A stretch of DNA of 64,000 nt from Minisyncoccota bacterium (GCA_041666545.1 JBAYGS010000003.1:41086-105085); one strand, 5' to 3'; positions 19,430 through 30,067 are shown, counted from the first letter of the stretch. Notes: generated from the sequence alone by a model not told the origin. A program made the numbers and translations.

Positions 19430-21235
19430 AGTTTCTTAAGTAACTTATTTACCAAAAAGAAAACGGTCTCAGGTATTTCTCCAATTTTGCCACAGGAAAT
19501 TTATCAATCCGGAGTTTTGGAGTTGCAAGATATTATCGCACCTTCCGCCCTCAAAATCAGTCCCAAGGAGCTTAATTTGGGCGAAAAGATTGTCCGGTCA
19601 TTTTTTGTGATTTCTTACCCTCGTTTCCTTTCGGAATCTTGGTTTGCGCCAATCATCAACCTCGACAAAGTTTTTAATGTCTCGATTTTTGTGCACCCAA
19701 TCGACACCGTCAAAGTTCTGCGCCAATTCCAGAAGAAAGTCGCCGAGGTGCAGAGCCAGATCAGCGCCAGGGAATCAAAAGGCTTGGTGAGAGACCCGAT
19801 GCTTGATACTGCTTATCACGATTTGGAACAACTACGCGATAGCCTGCAACAAGCCCAGGAAAAACTTTTTGATGTCGGCCTCTATATCACCATTTACGGC
19901 GATAACGACAATGAGTTGGACAAAATTGAATCAGAAATTAAATCAATTCTCGAGTCTAAACTTGTGTATGTAAAACCCGCCCTTTTCCAACAAGAGCAGG
20001 GCTATATCAGTTCGCTACCGATTGCCGACGACCAACTCCAGGTTCACTCAAAGCTCAATTCCACCCCTCTTTCCAGTCTTTTCCCGTTCGTGTCTTTCGA
20101 CCTAACTTCAGATAAAGGCATCCTTTACGGCGTTAATCGCCACAATTCCAGTCTGGTGCTTTTCGACCGCTTCTCGCTTGAAAACTACAATTCGATTACC
20201 TTCGCCAAATCTGGCGCCGGAAAATCGTACGCGACTAAACTGGAAATTTTGCGAACTCTGATGTTTGACGCCGATGTCATCGTAATTGACCCGGAAAAAG
20301 AGTACGAATACATGGCCGAGGCGACCGGTGGCAAATACTTCAATATTTCCTTAACTTCCGAACATCACATTAACCCCTTCGATTTACCGACGCCGAGCGA
20401 AGACGAGTCTCCGGCCGATGTTTTGCGTTCCAACATCATCAACCTGGTCGGCTTGTTTAGAATCATGATGGGTGGGCTTACCCCGGAAGAAGACGCGATT
20501 ATTGACCGGGCCATTACCGAAACCTACGCCCTGAAAGACATCTCGCCCGATTCCAACTTTGCCAATATTGAGCCACCGCTACTTTCAGATTTCGAATTGG
20601 TCTTGGCCGGCATGGAGGGCGGGGAATCGTTGGTACAAAGAATCACCAAATACACTAAAGGCACCTGGTCCGGTTTCCTCAATCGGCCGAGTAATGTGGA
20701 AATCGACAAAAAATTTGTTGTTTTCTCTTTGCGAGACATGGAGGAGGAGCTCAAACCAGTCGCGATGTACATCGTCACTCATTATATTTGGAATGCCATC
20801 AGAAAACACCTGAAGAAACGCCTACTGGTCATTGACGAGGCTTGGTGGATGATGAAATCCGATGATACCGCCTCGTTTCTTTTGAGCCTCGCCAAACGCG
20901 GACGAAAATATTATTTAGGCCTGGCCACAATCACCCAAGATGTTGATGACTTTTTGCGTTCGCCTTACGGTTTACCGATTGTCACCAACTCCTCAATTCA
21001 AATTTTACTCAAACAATCACCGGCCGTTATAGACCGACTGAAGGAAGTCTTTAACCTAACAGATGAGGAAAAATATTTACTTCTGGAATCTGATGTCGGG
21101 GAAGGGATTTTCTTCGTCGGCCTTAAACATGTTGCCATCAAAACTATCGCTTCATACACCGAGGACCAGATTATCACTTCGGACCCATCTCAAATTCTAG
21201 CTATCAAAAAGGCTCGCGCCGAGCTTAATTCTTAA
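19427..21235 (+). CDS. VirB4/TraE-like conjugation-type ATPase
   Basis: Walker A AKSGAGKS, VIDPEKEY, INPFD, Walker B LVIDEAW, ITQDVDDF. Confidence 0.92.
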   Translation: MSFLSNLFTKKKTVSGISPILPQEIYQSGVLELQDIIAPSALKISPKELNLGEKIVRSFFVISYPRFLSESWFAPIINLDKVFNVSIFVHPIDTVKVLRQFQKKVAEVQSQISARESKGLVRDPMLDTAYHDLEQLRDSLQQAQEKLFDVGLYITIYGDNDNELDKIESEIKSILESKLVYVKPALFQQEQGYISSLPIADDQLQVHSKLNSTPLSSLFPFVSFDLTSDKGILYGVNRHNSSLVLFDRFSLENYNSITFAKSGAGKSYATKLEILRTLMFDADVIVIDPEKEYEYMAEATGGKYFNISLTSEHHINPFDLPTPSEDESPADVLRSNIINLVGLFRIMMGGLTPEEDAIIDRAITETYALKDISPDSNFANIEPPLLSDFELVLAGMEGGESLVQRITKYTKGTWSGFLNRPSNVEIDKKFVVFSLRDMEEELKPVAMYIVTHYIWNAIRKHLKKRLLVIDEAWWMMKSDDTASFLLSLAKRGRKYYLGLATITQDVDDFLRSPYGLPIVTNSSIQILLKQSPAVIDRLKEVFNLTDEEKYLLLESDVGEGIFFVGLKHVAIKTIASYTEDQIITSDPSQILAIKKARAELNS

Positions 21236-21237
21236 AC

Positions 21238-22005
21238 ATGGCTGTTAAAGAGCGTATCGACAACACTACTGCCGGCTTGATGATTGCGGCCGCCTTTTTC
21301 CTCTTTGATTTAGTTGGCGGACTAGTAAATCTTATACCTTACGCAGGACAAGTTTTAAGCGATTTGGTCTCATTGACTGGCTTTTTAGTTATGGGCTTTT
21401 GGTTTATTTTAAAGGGAGTTAAGTTTTTGGACGGTGAAAATATCGGCAAAAAGGCCGGTACGCTGGCGTTTTCAATAATAATCGAGGCAGTCCCAATATT
21501 AAATGTTTTGCCGGCCCTGACATTTTTTGTAGTCAGGACAATTATCATGGTAAAATCAGAGGATAAGGTTAATGCCTTAAAGGAATCAACTGGTGCCGTG
21601 GGCAAGTTGGCGGAACGTGGCCACTCAAAGTCCAAAGGTAAATCCGAGAAGCCGGACGAAACACCGGCAGATGAGGACGGCGAAGAATCCGAGGAGTCTG
21701 GACCAGACTCTGGTCAAAGCGATACAGATGGGACATCAGCAACTCAAGAATATAATTCTGCTCCTATCGCCCATAAGGCATTTGGTGGCGTAGATACTGG
21801 ATCAATCAAAGACAGGAGCTTACGAGGGCCAGATTCAATCGATGACACCCCAGAAGAAAAATTGGCGGAACTGCAGTCTGGTCCTGGTGGACCAGATATA
21901 GTAGAAGCCGGCAACGAACGCCGGCGAGAAAAATTCAAAGAAATGATAAAAACAGGCGACGACCTACACCAAAACTCCTCTGGAGTTTTTCCGGACAGAA
22001 GATAA
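21238..22005 (+). CDS. Hypothetical membrane protein with acidic disordered tail
   Basis: Three to four TM segments, EAVPILNVLP motif. Confidence 0.7.
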   Translation: MAVKERIDNTTAGLMIAAAFFLFDLVGGLVNLIPYAGQVLSDLVSLTGFLVMGFWFILKGVKFLDGENIGKKAGTLAFSIIIEAVPILNVLPALTFFVVRTIIMVKSEDKVNALKESTGAVGKLAERGHSKSKGKSEKPDETPADEDGEESEESGPDSGQSDTDGTSATQEYNSAPIAHKAFGGVDTGSIKDRSLRGPDSIDDTPEEKLAELQSGPGGPDIVEAGNERRREKFKEMIKTGDDLHQNSSGVFPDRR

Positions 22006-22079
22006 GGTAATTTGACTGAAACATTACGCAGTTTTGAAAACATAATGAGACTTTGATGATATAATTGAAAGTGTTAATT

Positions 22080-23087
22080 ATGAAAAAGCTAATCCTTGTT
22101 GCTCTCACGATGTTTCTGTTGGTGAATGGAGCTCTCTCCTCCGCCCAGACCATCGATTTGACCCAAAATCTCTCGGTCACTCAAAATCCAGAACGACCAA
22201 GAGCTTACGATACTGTTTCGATTTCAGTTGAAAGTTATTTGGTAGACTTAAATTCAGCTTCAATTACTTGGTCAGTAAACGGCAAGCTCTCGGAAAAGGG
22301 GACCGGCAACAAAACTTTCAAAATTAAACTCGGGGCGGTTGGCTCTTTAACCACGGTTGGCCTAAGCATCAAAGCCAGAACCGGCGAATCAATCGACAAA
22401 GTCTTTGCTTTACGCCCATCTGAAGTGGACCTTTTGTGGGAAGCCCAAACCTATACCCCGCCTTTTTATAAAGGCAAGGCCCTTTTCTCCAACCAGGGCC
22501 GTTTGAGGATTATTGCGGTGCCAAATTTTAAAGATTCGAGTGGCAAAACTATTTCAGCCGGCAATTTAATCTATACCTGGAAACAAGACGACCAGGTTTT
22601 GGGCAATCTTTCCGGTTATGGCAAATCCACTTTAATTGTTGACGGCCCGCTCTTGCCAATTCTAACCACCATAAGTGTCCAAGCGATGACCGCCGACAGT
22701 CAACTAGTCGCAGAAAGTCGTCTCTCATTAAGGTCTCTGACTCCTAGTATTTTATTTTATGAGAACAACCCGCTCTACGGCATTATGTATCATCAAGCCA
22801 TGGGCTCTGCCTTTACTTTACGCGGTTCAGAAATTACTTTAGCCGCTGAACCATATTTCTTCTCTGGTCACGAAAAAACGACTCTGGAAACCACCTACGA
22901 CTGGCAACTCAACGGTGTTATTGTAGGAGATAACGAGAACGGCGAGGTCACCTTAAGAAATGATAAGGCCCAAACTGGCCAGTCGATTTTGAGCCTGGAA
23001 ATAACCAACAGCCAAAAAATTTATCAATCGGCCCGACAAACCTTGACCTTGAATTTCTCTAGCGAAGGTGCTAACCCAACCTTCTAA
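22080..23087 (+). CDS. Secreted Ig-like/beta-sandwich hypothetical protein
   Basis: Signal peptide, DLLWEAQTYTPPFYKGKAL, LIYTW. Confidence 0.7.
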   Translation: MKKLILVALTMFLLVNGALSSAQTIDLTQNLSVTQNPERPRAYDTVSISVESYLVDLNSASITWSVNGKLSEKGTGNKTFKIKLGAVGSLTTVGLSIKARTGESIDKVFALRPSEVDLLWEAQTYTPPFYKGKALFSNQGRLRIIAVPNFKDSSGKTISAGNLIYTWKQDDQVLGNLSGYGKSTLIVDGPLLPILTTISVQAMTADSQLVAESRLSLRSLTPSILFYENNPLYGIMYHQAMGSAFTLRGSEITLAAEPYFFSGHEKTTLETTYDWQLNGVIVGDNENGEVTLRNDKAQTGQSILSLEITNSQKIYQSARQTLTLNFSSEGANPTF

Positions 23088-23917
23088 TGAAAAAAATGTC
23101 TAAAAATTTACGGCAGACTTTTTTAATAATTTATGTGGTTTTTCTTTTCAGTTCTTCAGTCATTACTGCTCAAGCCGCTGAACCTGTCAATTATATCCCT
23201 TTGGAGCCGTCTTTTTTAGGGCTTCCTACTGGCAGCACCGGTGGTATCACTTTTGGTGAATATCTCACTAGGTTTTTCTCCACTGTAATCGGTCTAGCGA
23301 TTATCTTGGCCGTCTTAATGATTGTTTGGGGCGGCTTTCAATATCTCTCAACCGACGCAATCACCGACAAACAAGAAGGGAAAGAGAAGTGGACTCAAGC
23401 GATTTATGGTCTAGTTTTGGTCCTAGCATCCTACCTCATCCTCCAGACAATCAACAAACAAATTATCACCATCCCTAATACTATTTTAAACCCTGGGAAC
23501 ATAACTTCTCATAGGGTGGAACCGATTGGTAGTGACGCAGCGATGAATGAAGCCGACCGCCTGGCCAACGCTCAAGCCAACCGACAAATCTCGGACATTA
23601 ACGCCAAAATTGAAGTAGCCCAAACTGAGGAAGAGGCAATTGATTTATTAAACCAAGCCGAGCAAGTTAAGCAGACCAGACTAGACGAACAAAAAACCGC
23701 CCATATCGCCGACACTCAAAGTTTTTTCGCGACTGAATTCCCAAAACTTCAGGAGAACTTTTCAAACGGACTTAAAAATCAGGTCGCAACTAACCGTGTG
23801 GCAATTCTGGAGAAACTCAAGGAGTTGACAACTTTTCTGGACAGAAACGGTTATGGAGCCGACGCGGACCGAATTCACCAGGAAACCGTCGCCAGACTTA
23901 ACCAATATCCAAACTAA
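23087..23917 (+). CDS. VirB2/TrbC-like pilin-domain protein with C-terminal extension
   Basis: LAVLMIVWGGFQYLS...GK.....AIYGLVLVLASYLILQTIN. Confidence 0.75.
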   Translation: MKKMSKNLRQTFLIIYVVFLFSSSVITAQAAEPVNYIPLEPSFLGLPTGSTGGITFGEYLTRFFSTVIGLAIILAVLMIVWGGFQYLSTDAITDKQEGKEKWTQAIYGLVLVLASYLILQTINKQIITIPNTILNPGNITSHRVEPIGSDAAMNEADRLANAQANRQISDINAKIEVAQTEEEAIDLLNQAEQVKQTRLDEQKTAHIADTQSFFATEFPKLQENFSNGLKNQVATNRVAILEKLKELTTFLDRNGYGADADRIHQETVARLNQYPN

Positions 23918-23922
23918 TTAAA

Positions 23923-25146
23923 ATGTCAAAAAAAGTTATTTGGGTTCTTATAATAATATTAATCTTAATAATAGCCATCGCTATCTTCGGCTACTTCTTT
24001 TTGCAAACTCCGACTGGCCAGAAATTTGTGCAAGACAACGGGCTTTCCATCTTTATGCCTTTCGGCAATCAGGACCTACCACCGATAACTGGCGGGACTG
24101 GTGGCGGATTAGGGGTCAGTACTACCACCTTGCCTTCGACCGAACTGCCCTCGACCGAACCTTTGCCTAAATTGAGGAAAATCTGGGCCTCACCGACAGC
24201 GGGAGCAATCATTTTCTCTAAAAACAATACTAGTGACATCCGCTTTACCGACCGAAGTACCGGCCACATTTATGAGATGCTCGCCACCGACCGAGAGCCG
24301 GAGCGAATTTCTAACACGACAATTCCTAAGGTTTATGAGGCCGTTTGGAGCCCCGACGGCAACACTGTATATGCCAGATACTTAAAAGGAGAGACTAGCC
24401 CGAGCATTGAAACCTATGAAATAAAACTGGCTTCAACTACCGGTCAGGATTTTATTGGAACTTTCCTGCCAAAAAACATCTCAAGCCTGGCAACGAACCC
24501 CGCCGGCGATAAGGCTTTCTACTTGTCGCGAGAGACCGCCGGTGCCACCGGTTATGTTTGGCAAAAGAGTGGTAAGAGCCGAATCAACATTTTCTCTTCA
24601 CTTTTATCGGAATGGTTGGCCTCTTGGCCAAACGACACTTTTATCCTGCTTACAAATAAACCGAGCGGTACTTCACCGGGTTTTGCCTACCTGCTAAACT
24701 CAAAAACCAGCGAGATTAAAAAAATTGCGGAAGGTTTTAAAGGGCTCACTGCCTTAGCGAACGCAAAAGCCGATCTGGCCCTTATTGGTGGCAACGGACT
24801 AACAATCGGCACATGGAGACAGAAGGACAACAGTCTAAACAGCCTACCAATCAGCACTTTGCCAGAAAAATGTGTTTGGAAGGATGACCAGGCTGTCTAC
24901 TGTGCTGTGCCGGACTCTATCCCCGAAGGGGTCTATCCTGACAGTTGGTACCGGGGTGCTGTCTCTTTCAGGGATTCGCTTTGGGAAGTGAATACCGCCA
25001 CATTAACCACCAATCTCACAATATCCCTTAGTCTCACGGCAGGGGAAGATTTTGATGTCATTTCACCAGTGCTAAGCCCAGACAAAAAGAGTCTAATTTT
25101 CATCAACAAAAAAGACTTGAGTCTCTGGCTTTTGGAACTGCAATGA
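23923..25146 (+). CDS. Membrane-anchored beta-propeller-like protein
   Basis: N-terminal TM, WSPDG and LSPDKK repeats, PEKCVW..YCAVP. Confidence 0.7.
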   Translation: MSKKVIWVLIIILILIIAIAIFGYFFLQTPTGQKFVQDNGLSIFMPFGNQDLPPITGGTGGGLGVSTTTLPSTELPSTEPLPKLRKIWASPTAGAIIFSKNNTSDIRFTDRSTGHIYEMLATDREPERISNTTIPKVYEAVWSPDGNTVYARYLKGETSPSIETYEIKLASTTGQDFIGTFLPKNISSLATNPAGDKAFYLSRETAGATGYVWQKSGKSRINIFSSLLSEWLASWPNDTFILLTNKPSGTSPGFAYLLNSKTSEIKKIAEGFKGLTALANAKADLALIGGNGLTIGTWRQKDNSLNSLPISTLPEKCVWKDDQAVYCAVPDSIPEGVYPDSWYRGAVSFRDSLWEVNTATLTTNLTISLSLTAGEDFDVISPVLSPDKKSLIFINKKDLSLWLLELQ

Positions 25147-25199
25147 GACTCACAACTTACAGTTAGAGAATAAACAAAAAAGAGGCGAGTGCCTCTTTT

Positions 25200-25688
25200 T
25201 TAAAACTCCTGCGCCAACTCGGCCGGCTCTTTGTTTTCAATATATTTGATGACCACCCTTCGACCCTGACCCATTCCAGTTGATTCGGTGACAACATTCG
25301 GTTCAGATTCCAACAGTGTGTGAACCAACATCCTCTCAAACGAGGTCATTGGGTCCATCTCGATACTACTTTTGAAGGAGACGGCACGGTCTGCCATGAT
25401 TTTTGCTTTAGCGCGCAAACGATTGAGCATCGACTCTTGATAATCATTAACATCAACCGAAAATTCAGTCTCGTCCTCACCCAGCTGTTTGCCGGCCAAT
25501 TTTCTCACCAGGTGATTGAAAGCGGTAAAGTGTTCACCTCCTTGTCCGATTAAAAGACCTGACTCTTTGCTGCGAACCACAAAAATCGGCCTTTTTAGAA
25601 TTTGATGATTTACAAGTTCAATGCTTTCAGTCTCAATCGAAAGTTTCTTAAGCAGTTCCTCAATGATTGTTTTAACTTTCGGTTCCAT
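25200..25688 (-). CDS. Jag/KhpB-like KH-R3H RNA-binding protein
   Basis: LLIGQGGE (KH), ERMLVH (R3H), downstream of yidC. Confidence 0.88.
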   Translation of the reverse strand: MEPKVKTIIEELLKKLSIETESIELVNHQILKRPIFVVRSKESGLLIGQGGEHFTAFNHLVRKLAGKQLGEDETEFSVDVNDYQESMLNRLRAKAKIMADRAVSFKSSIEMDPMTSFERMLVHTLLESEPNVVTESTGMGQGRRVVIKYIENKEPAELAQEF

Positions 25689-25703
25689 AGCTTATTTCTA
25701 CGC

Positions 25704-26438
25704 CTAGGCGGGCTTTTGGTCAAGTCGATAACGCCGTCGCACCACGATTTCCTGGCCAATTGCAAAGAGATTGCTAGTCACCCAGTAAAATCCGACCACG
25801 GCCGGCAGTTGGTAGGCAATGATGATAATGAAAACCGGCATTACGTACTTCATCTGCATGCTCATGCTCCGAGCCAAGTCATCTTTGAAGGAAGGTTTGT
25901 CGGATTTGGCCGGAGTGGCCGGCAAGGCATAACGCATTTGGAAAAACTGACTGACACCGGCCAAAAGGGCAACGAAAATACTTTTCTGCGAGATGTCTAA
26001 AAGTCCAAAAAAATTCATGCTGATTAAATCCGGCACTGGAACAAAGTTGTAAAGCAAGCCAGCATTAACCTGTGGCAAACCGCCATTTAAAAAGACCCAG
26101 TAAAGAGCGAGAATGATTGGAATCTGAATTATGACCAAAAATATTCCGGCAAGCGGATTAAGCTTTTTCTCTTTATAGAGAGCCATCATCGCGCGAGCCT
26201 GCTCCTCGCGGTTATCTTTATGTTTATTTTTTAAAGCGTCGAGCTCTGGTTGGATTTTTTTCATAATCATCTGAGTCTCGACTGACTTCTTGGAAAGAGG
26301 GAAAAGGATTAGTTTTACCAAGACAGTAAACAAAATCACAATTAAACCGGCATCTGCCCATGGGAGAACATGGAATAAAAAAATTAACCCGTTGTATAGC
26401 GGTTTGTAAAAAATGGCTTGAAACAAGGTCGAAATCAT
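25704..26438 (-). CDS. yidC: Membrane protein insertase YidC
   Basis: VKLILFPL, IQPEL..LK, IQIPIILALY, FYWVTSNLF. Confidence 0.93.
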   Translation of the reverse strand: MISTLFQAIFYKPLYNGLIFLFHVLPWADAGLIVILFTVLVKLILFPLSKKSVETQMIMKKIQPELDALKNKHKDNREEQARAMMALYKEKKLNPLAGIFLVIIQIPIILALYWVFLNGGLPQVNAGLLYNFVPVPDLISMNFFGLLDISQKSIFVALLAGVSQFFQMRYALPATPAKSDKPSFKDDLARSMSMQMKYVMPVFIIIIAYQLPAVVGFYWVTSNLFAIGQEIVVRRRYRLDQKPA

Positions 26439-26474
26439 CGACCTATCTTAGCTTATTTTGGGAGTTTTTTCAAA

Positions 26475-26813
26475 CTAAGCCACCCGCAGTCCGGCTGAGG
26501 CTAAAATATCCTCGATTTCTTTCTTCATCCCTTTAAAATTAAGTTTTCCGACACCTGGCTTTAAAAAAAATACCGCCGAGAAATTTTCCCTTAGGTTGGG
26601 AAGAAGTTTCCGAACAATTGAATACCCGCGCCTCTTCAGTAAATTCCTTTTCACTGCGGAATCGGCAACTTTTTTAGCAACAACAAAACTTACCTTTCTA
26701 CCCTCGAAGCTTTGCAACAAGCGTAGGGAAAGGTTGGGGGAGTGGAAGTTTCTGCCAGATTTAAGAATTTCCCCGAAAAGTTGTTTGGAGACTTTTTGAC
26801 TTCGGGCCAACAT
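26475..26813 (-). CDS. rnpA: Ribonuclease P protein component
   Basis: VAKKV..SAVKRNLLKRR motif and synteny. Confidence 0.92.
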   Translation of the reverse strand: MLARSQKVSKQLFGEILKSGRNFHSPNLSLRLLQSFEGRKVSFVVAKKVADSAVKRNLLKRRGYSIVRKLLPNLRENFSAVFFLKPGVGKLNFKGMKKEIEDILASAGLRVA

Positions 26814-26831
26814 AAAATCGGGTGACGAAAT

Positions 26832-26966
26832 TTAGACCGAGATTTTCTTTCGTCCTTTTTGGCGGCGTTGTTTGAGAACTTTCCGGCCACCGGTCGACTT
26901 GGAGCGTACCAAAAATCCGTGAGACTTGGCGCGTTTTCGTTTTTTGGGATTATAAGTGAAAGACAT
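26832..26966 (-). CDS. rpmH: 50S ribosomal protein L34 (absent from ORF track)
   Basis: Manual translation [44 protein letters not shown]. Confidence 0.96.
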   Translation of the reverse strand: MSFTYNPKKRKRAKSHGFLVRSKSTGGRKVLKQRRQKGRKKISV

Positions 26967-27014
26967 TTTTTTAAAAATTAAGTCTTAACCCTACCTGTTG
27001 GCAGAGAAAAACTC

Positions 27015-27075
27015 AAATAAATTATTAACAGCTTATACACATATTATTAACATAATTTAACCTTGTCCACAAGTG
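27015..27075. promoter_or_regulatory. DnaA-box cluster upstream of dnaA (oriC part or autoregulation)
   Basis: TTATTAACA 27022, TTATACACA 27033, TTATTAACA 27044, TTGTCCACA 27063 in AT-rich DNA. Confidence 0.75.
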
Positions 27076-27121
27076 TTATAATCGCTTGGATAGATATATA
27101 CTTTACCCACTAAAATCCTTT

Positions 27122-28486
27122 ATGCCTCCAATTATGTTCGACAACAAGTCACTCTGGGATCGAGTTTTGATAGAAGTGGAACTTTCGGTTTCAAAAGCCA
27201 ACTTCACAACTTGGTTTAAGGACACTTTTATCGACAAAGTAGACGAGGGTGCGGCCTATTTAGGGGTTCCGAACGCTTTTGTTAAGGACTGGCTCTCAAA
27301 AAAGTATCACCAATTGATTTTAAAGTCTTTAAGAGGTCTTGATGAGCGCATCCGCTCTTTGGAGTATGTAGTGGCCAAGAGTGACGGCCGGAGAGGGCAA
27401 GCTGACGCGCCACAGGCCTTGCCAAGAATGGCCCCCGGCAACGAATTACCCCTTCAAGACTTCTACATCAACAAAGACGACAACTTGAACCCTCGTTACA
27501 CCTTTTCAACTTTCGTGGTCGGTCCGTTCAACGAATTCGCTCACGCCGCCTCCCAGGCAATTTTAAAGAAGCCTTTGGCTTACAACCCGCTTTTTATTTA
27601 TGGTTCGACTGGCCACGGCAAAACTCACCTAATTCAGGCCATCGGCAACCACATTAAGACCACTTTGGAAGGGAAGAAGATTTTTTATCTGACCTCAGAG
27701 AGGTTTGCGGTAGATTTTGTTAACTCCCTAAACACCGGAAAAGCCAATGTTTTCAAGGAAAAATACCGAAAATATGATGTTTTAATTATGGATGATGTCC
27801 AATTCATCTCCAACAAAGACAAAACCCAGGAGGAGCTCTTCCATTTGTTCAACACTCTTTACGATAACAATAAGCAGATTATTTTCTCGGCTGACAAACA
27901 CCCGAACTTGATGCTCGACCTGCAAGATCGCCTGCGGTCCAGATTTAACGCCGGCATGATTGTTGAAATTTACCCGCCCGACTTTGAATCGCGACTCCAA
28001 ATTTTGAAAACCAAATCCGGTTTGATGAATTTTTCCCTCGCCCCAGACATTATTGAGTTTTTAGCCACTACAGTGGAAGGCAACATTCGGGAATTAGAAG
28101 GGGTTTTGAACTTGATTATCTGCCAAACCCAATTAAGAGGGAAGGATCTTTCAATCTTAGAGATTAAAAACTTAATTAAAAACAACAGCCGGCCCAAAAA
28201 ATCTGTTTCAGTTAAAGATGTAATTAAGACGATTGCCGACTTTTATAATGTGGAGGAGGGTAGCATCTACGAGAAGACCCGTAGAAAGGAGGTGGTTAAG
28301 CCACGCCAGGTGATTATGTATTTTTTGAGAGAAGAGCTAAACATTTCTTACCCTTCGATTGGTGAAAAAATGGGTGGTCGCGACCACACCACAGTTATCC
28401 ACTCATGCGAAAAGATTAAGAACGAATTACGCGACAACAACATTTTGGCCCAGGAAATCAACCAGTTAAAAGCGATGATAGGGTGA
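27122..28486 (+). CDS. dnaA: Chromosomal replication initiator DnaA
   Basis: YNPLFIYG.TGHGKTHL, DDVQF, QEELFHLFN, GGRDHTTVIHS. Confidence 0.98.
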   Translation: MPPIMFDNKSLWDRVLIEVELSVSKANFTTWFKDTFIDKVDEGAAYLGVPNAFVKDWLSKKYHQLILKSLRGLDERIRSLEYVVAKSDGRRGQADAPQALPRMAPGNELPLQDFYINKDDNLNPRYTFSTFVVGPFNEFAHAASQAILKKPLAYNPLFIYGSTGHGKTHLIQAIGNHIKTTLEGKKIFYLTSERFAVDFVNSLNTGKANVFKEKYRKYDVLIMDDVQFISNKDKTQEELFHLFNTLYDNNKQIIFSADKHPNLMLDLQDRLRSRFNAGMIVEIYPPDFESRLQILKTKSGLMNFSLAPDIIEFLATTVEGNIRELEGVLNLIICQTQLRGKDLSILEIKNLIKNNSRPKKSVSVKDVIKTIADFYNVEEGSIYEKTRRKEVVKPRQVIMYFLREELNISYPSIGEKMGGRDHTTVIHSCEKIKNELRDNNILAQEINQLKAMIG

Positions 28487-28709
28487 GGATAAGTTCTGGA
28501 TAACCCATCTAATAAGTTGTTAGTAGCCACTTCATTGTTTGTTGGTAAGAGGTAGAGAAAAAGAAGAAACTTTTTCCTCTCACCAAACCCCACAAAGAGT
28601 TAGTTTCAAAAAAGGACAAGAAAAATCAAAAACTGGCTCAACGAAGAGGTTTAAAAAATTATCAACATATCCCCAGAGCTAATCATAATAAAAGATTATA
28701 TTACTAAAT
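28484..28709. promoter_or_regulatory. dnaA-dnaN intergenic region, candidate oriC
   Basis: Degenerate boxes TGAGGATAA, TCTGGATAA, TTATCAACA, ATATCCCCA; AT-rich end. Confidence 0.55.
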
Positions 28710-29810
28710 ATGAAAGCAGACTGTTCAAAAGATTTGTTGGCGGAAGTTTTAAACAAACTGGAGAAGATCGCAGGCAAGCACCAAACTCTGCCGGTTCTTT
28801 CTGGAATTTTAATTGAAGCGGAAAAAGGCAGTCTGGTTTTAAAAGCCACTAACCTTGATGTCGCAGCCGAGTTTGTTTTGCCGGCCAAAGTTGAGGAGGC
28901 CGGCCGGACAGTTGTACCGGCCGCCGCTCTGGCCTCGTTTGCCACCAATTTGTCTGGGGGCAAAAACATCCGTTTAGAACTTAGCCAGAACAACCTAAAA
29001 CTGGTGGCACCAAACAACACCGCCCTGATTAAGACTCTGCCTGTTGAGGAGTTCCCTTCTTTGCCGGAAGTTGTTAGCGGTCAAATTTTTACTTTGATGG
29101 CCAAGGATTTGGTTAAAGGACTAGTTTCAGTTGCCTACAGCTCGGCCGGGCACAGTTTGAAGCCGGAATTGGCCAGCGTTTCTTTGCGGGGTGACGGTGA
29201 GTCTCTGGTTTTTGCCGCTACCGACTCCTTCCGTCTGGCTGAAAAGAAAATCAAAATCAAAAAAGACTTAGACTTTAACCCTATTTTGGTCCCAGTTAAA
29301 AACGCCAACGAGATTGTCAGACTCCTCGAGAAAATTAATGGGGAAGTTGAAATTAAAATCGACAAAAATCAAATGGCGGTTTCAGCCGAAGGTTTAACTA
29401 TCATCACCCGCCTTGTCGACGGTTTGTTTCCGGATTATCAACAAATCATTCCTAAAGAAAAACAAACCGAAGCGACAGTTTTAAAACAAGACTTATTAAA
29501 CGCACTTAAACTCTCAAATATTTTTTCCGGAAAGTTCAACCAAATTAATTTCTCAATCAAACCAACAAGTAAAACTTTTAAAATTAGCTCAAAGACTGCG
29601 GAGTTGGGGGAGAACGAGCAGAATCTCGACGCCGCTCTTTCTGGAGAAGAGGTTGATGTAAATTTTAACTACCGCTACATCTCTGACTCCTTCCAGTCGA
29701 TTGACTCCGATAGCATAAATCTCTCTTTTAGCGGTCAAAATCGAGCCATGGTGATCACTGCAGTGGGCGATCGCTCCTTTCTCTACTTGGTGATGCCAAT
29801 GAACAAATAA
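28710..29810 (+). CDS. dnaN: DNA polymerase III beta clamp
   Basis: LPVLSGIL, ATDSFRLA, G.FPDYQQIIP, YLVMPM. Confidence 0.97.
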   Translation: MKADCSKDLLAEVLNKLEKIAGKHQTLPVLSGILIEAEKGSLVLKATNLDVAAEFVLPAKVEEAGRTVVPAAALASFATNLSGGKNIRLELSQNNLKLVAPNNTALIKTLPVEEFPSLPEVVSGQIFTLMAKDLVKGLVSVAYSSAGHSLKPELASVSLRGDGESLVFAATDSFRLAEKKIKIKKDLDFNPILVPVKNANEIVRLLEKINGEVEIKIDKNQMAVSAEGLTIITRLVDGLFPDYQQIIPKEKQTEATVLKQDLLNALKLSNIFSGKFNQINFSIKPTSKTFKISSKTAELGENEQNLDAALSGEEVDVNFNYRYISDSFQSIDSDSINLSFSGQNRAMVITAVGDRSFLYLVMPMNK

Positions 29811-30067
29811 TGTTCAATATCTCCAACTTTCTAAGCAAATTCGCCAAACTCGGTCATGGCGAGCAAGCGATTATTGAAGAGACTAAAGTCGCGGTTCAAG
29901 AGGTGCTGCATTTTAGTTTGGAGGGCAAAGCAATCCGTTTTGCGAACGGTGTTGTAAACATTTCCGCCCCGGCGGTGGCGAAGAGCGAAATCTTTCTTCA
30001 TAAGGAGGAAATTTTGGAAAAACTCAGACAAAAAATTCAGAAACCAAAAATTTTGGATATCAAGTAA
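29810..30067 (+). CDS. Small protein, possibly DciA/DUF721-like
   Basis: Coupled to dnaN; K.EIFLHKEEILEKL pattern; family inferred only. Confidence 0.5.
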   Translation: MFNISNFLSKFAKLGHGEQAIIEETKVAVQEVLHFSLEGKAIRFANGVVNISAPAVAKSEIFLHKEEILEKLRQKIQKPKILDIK

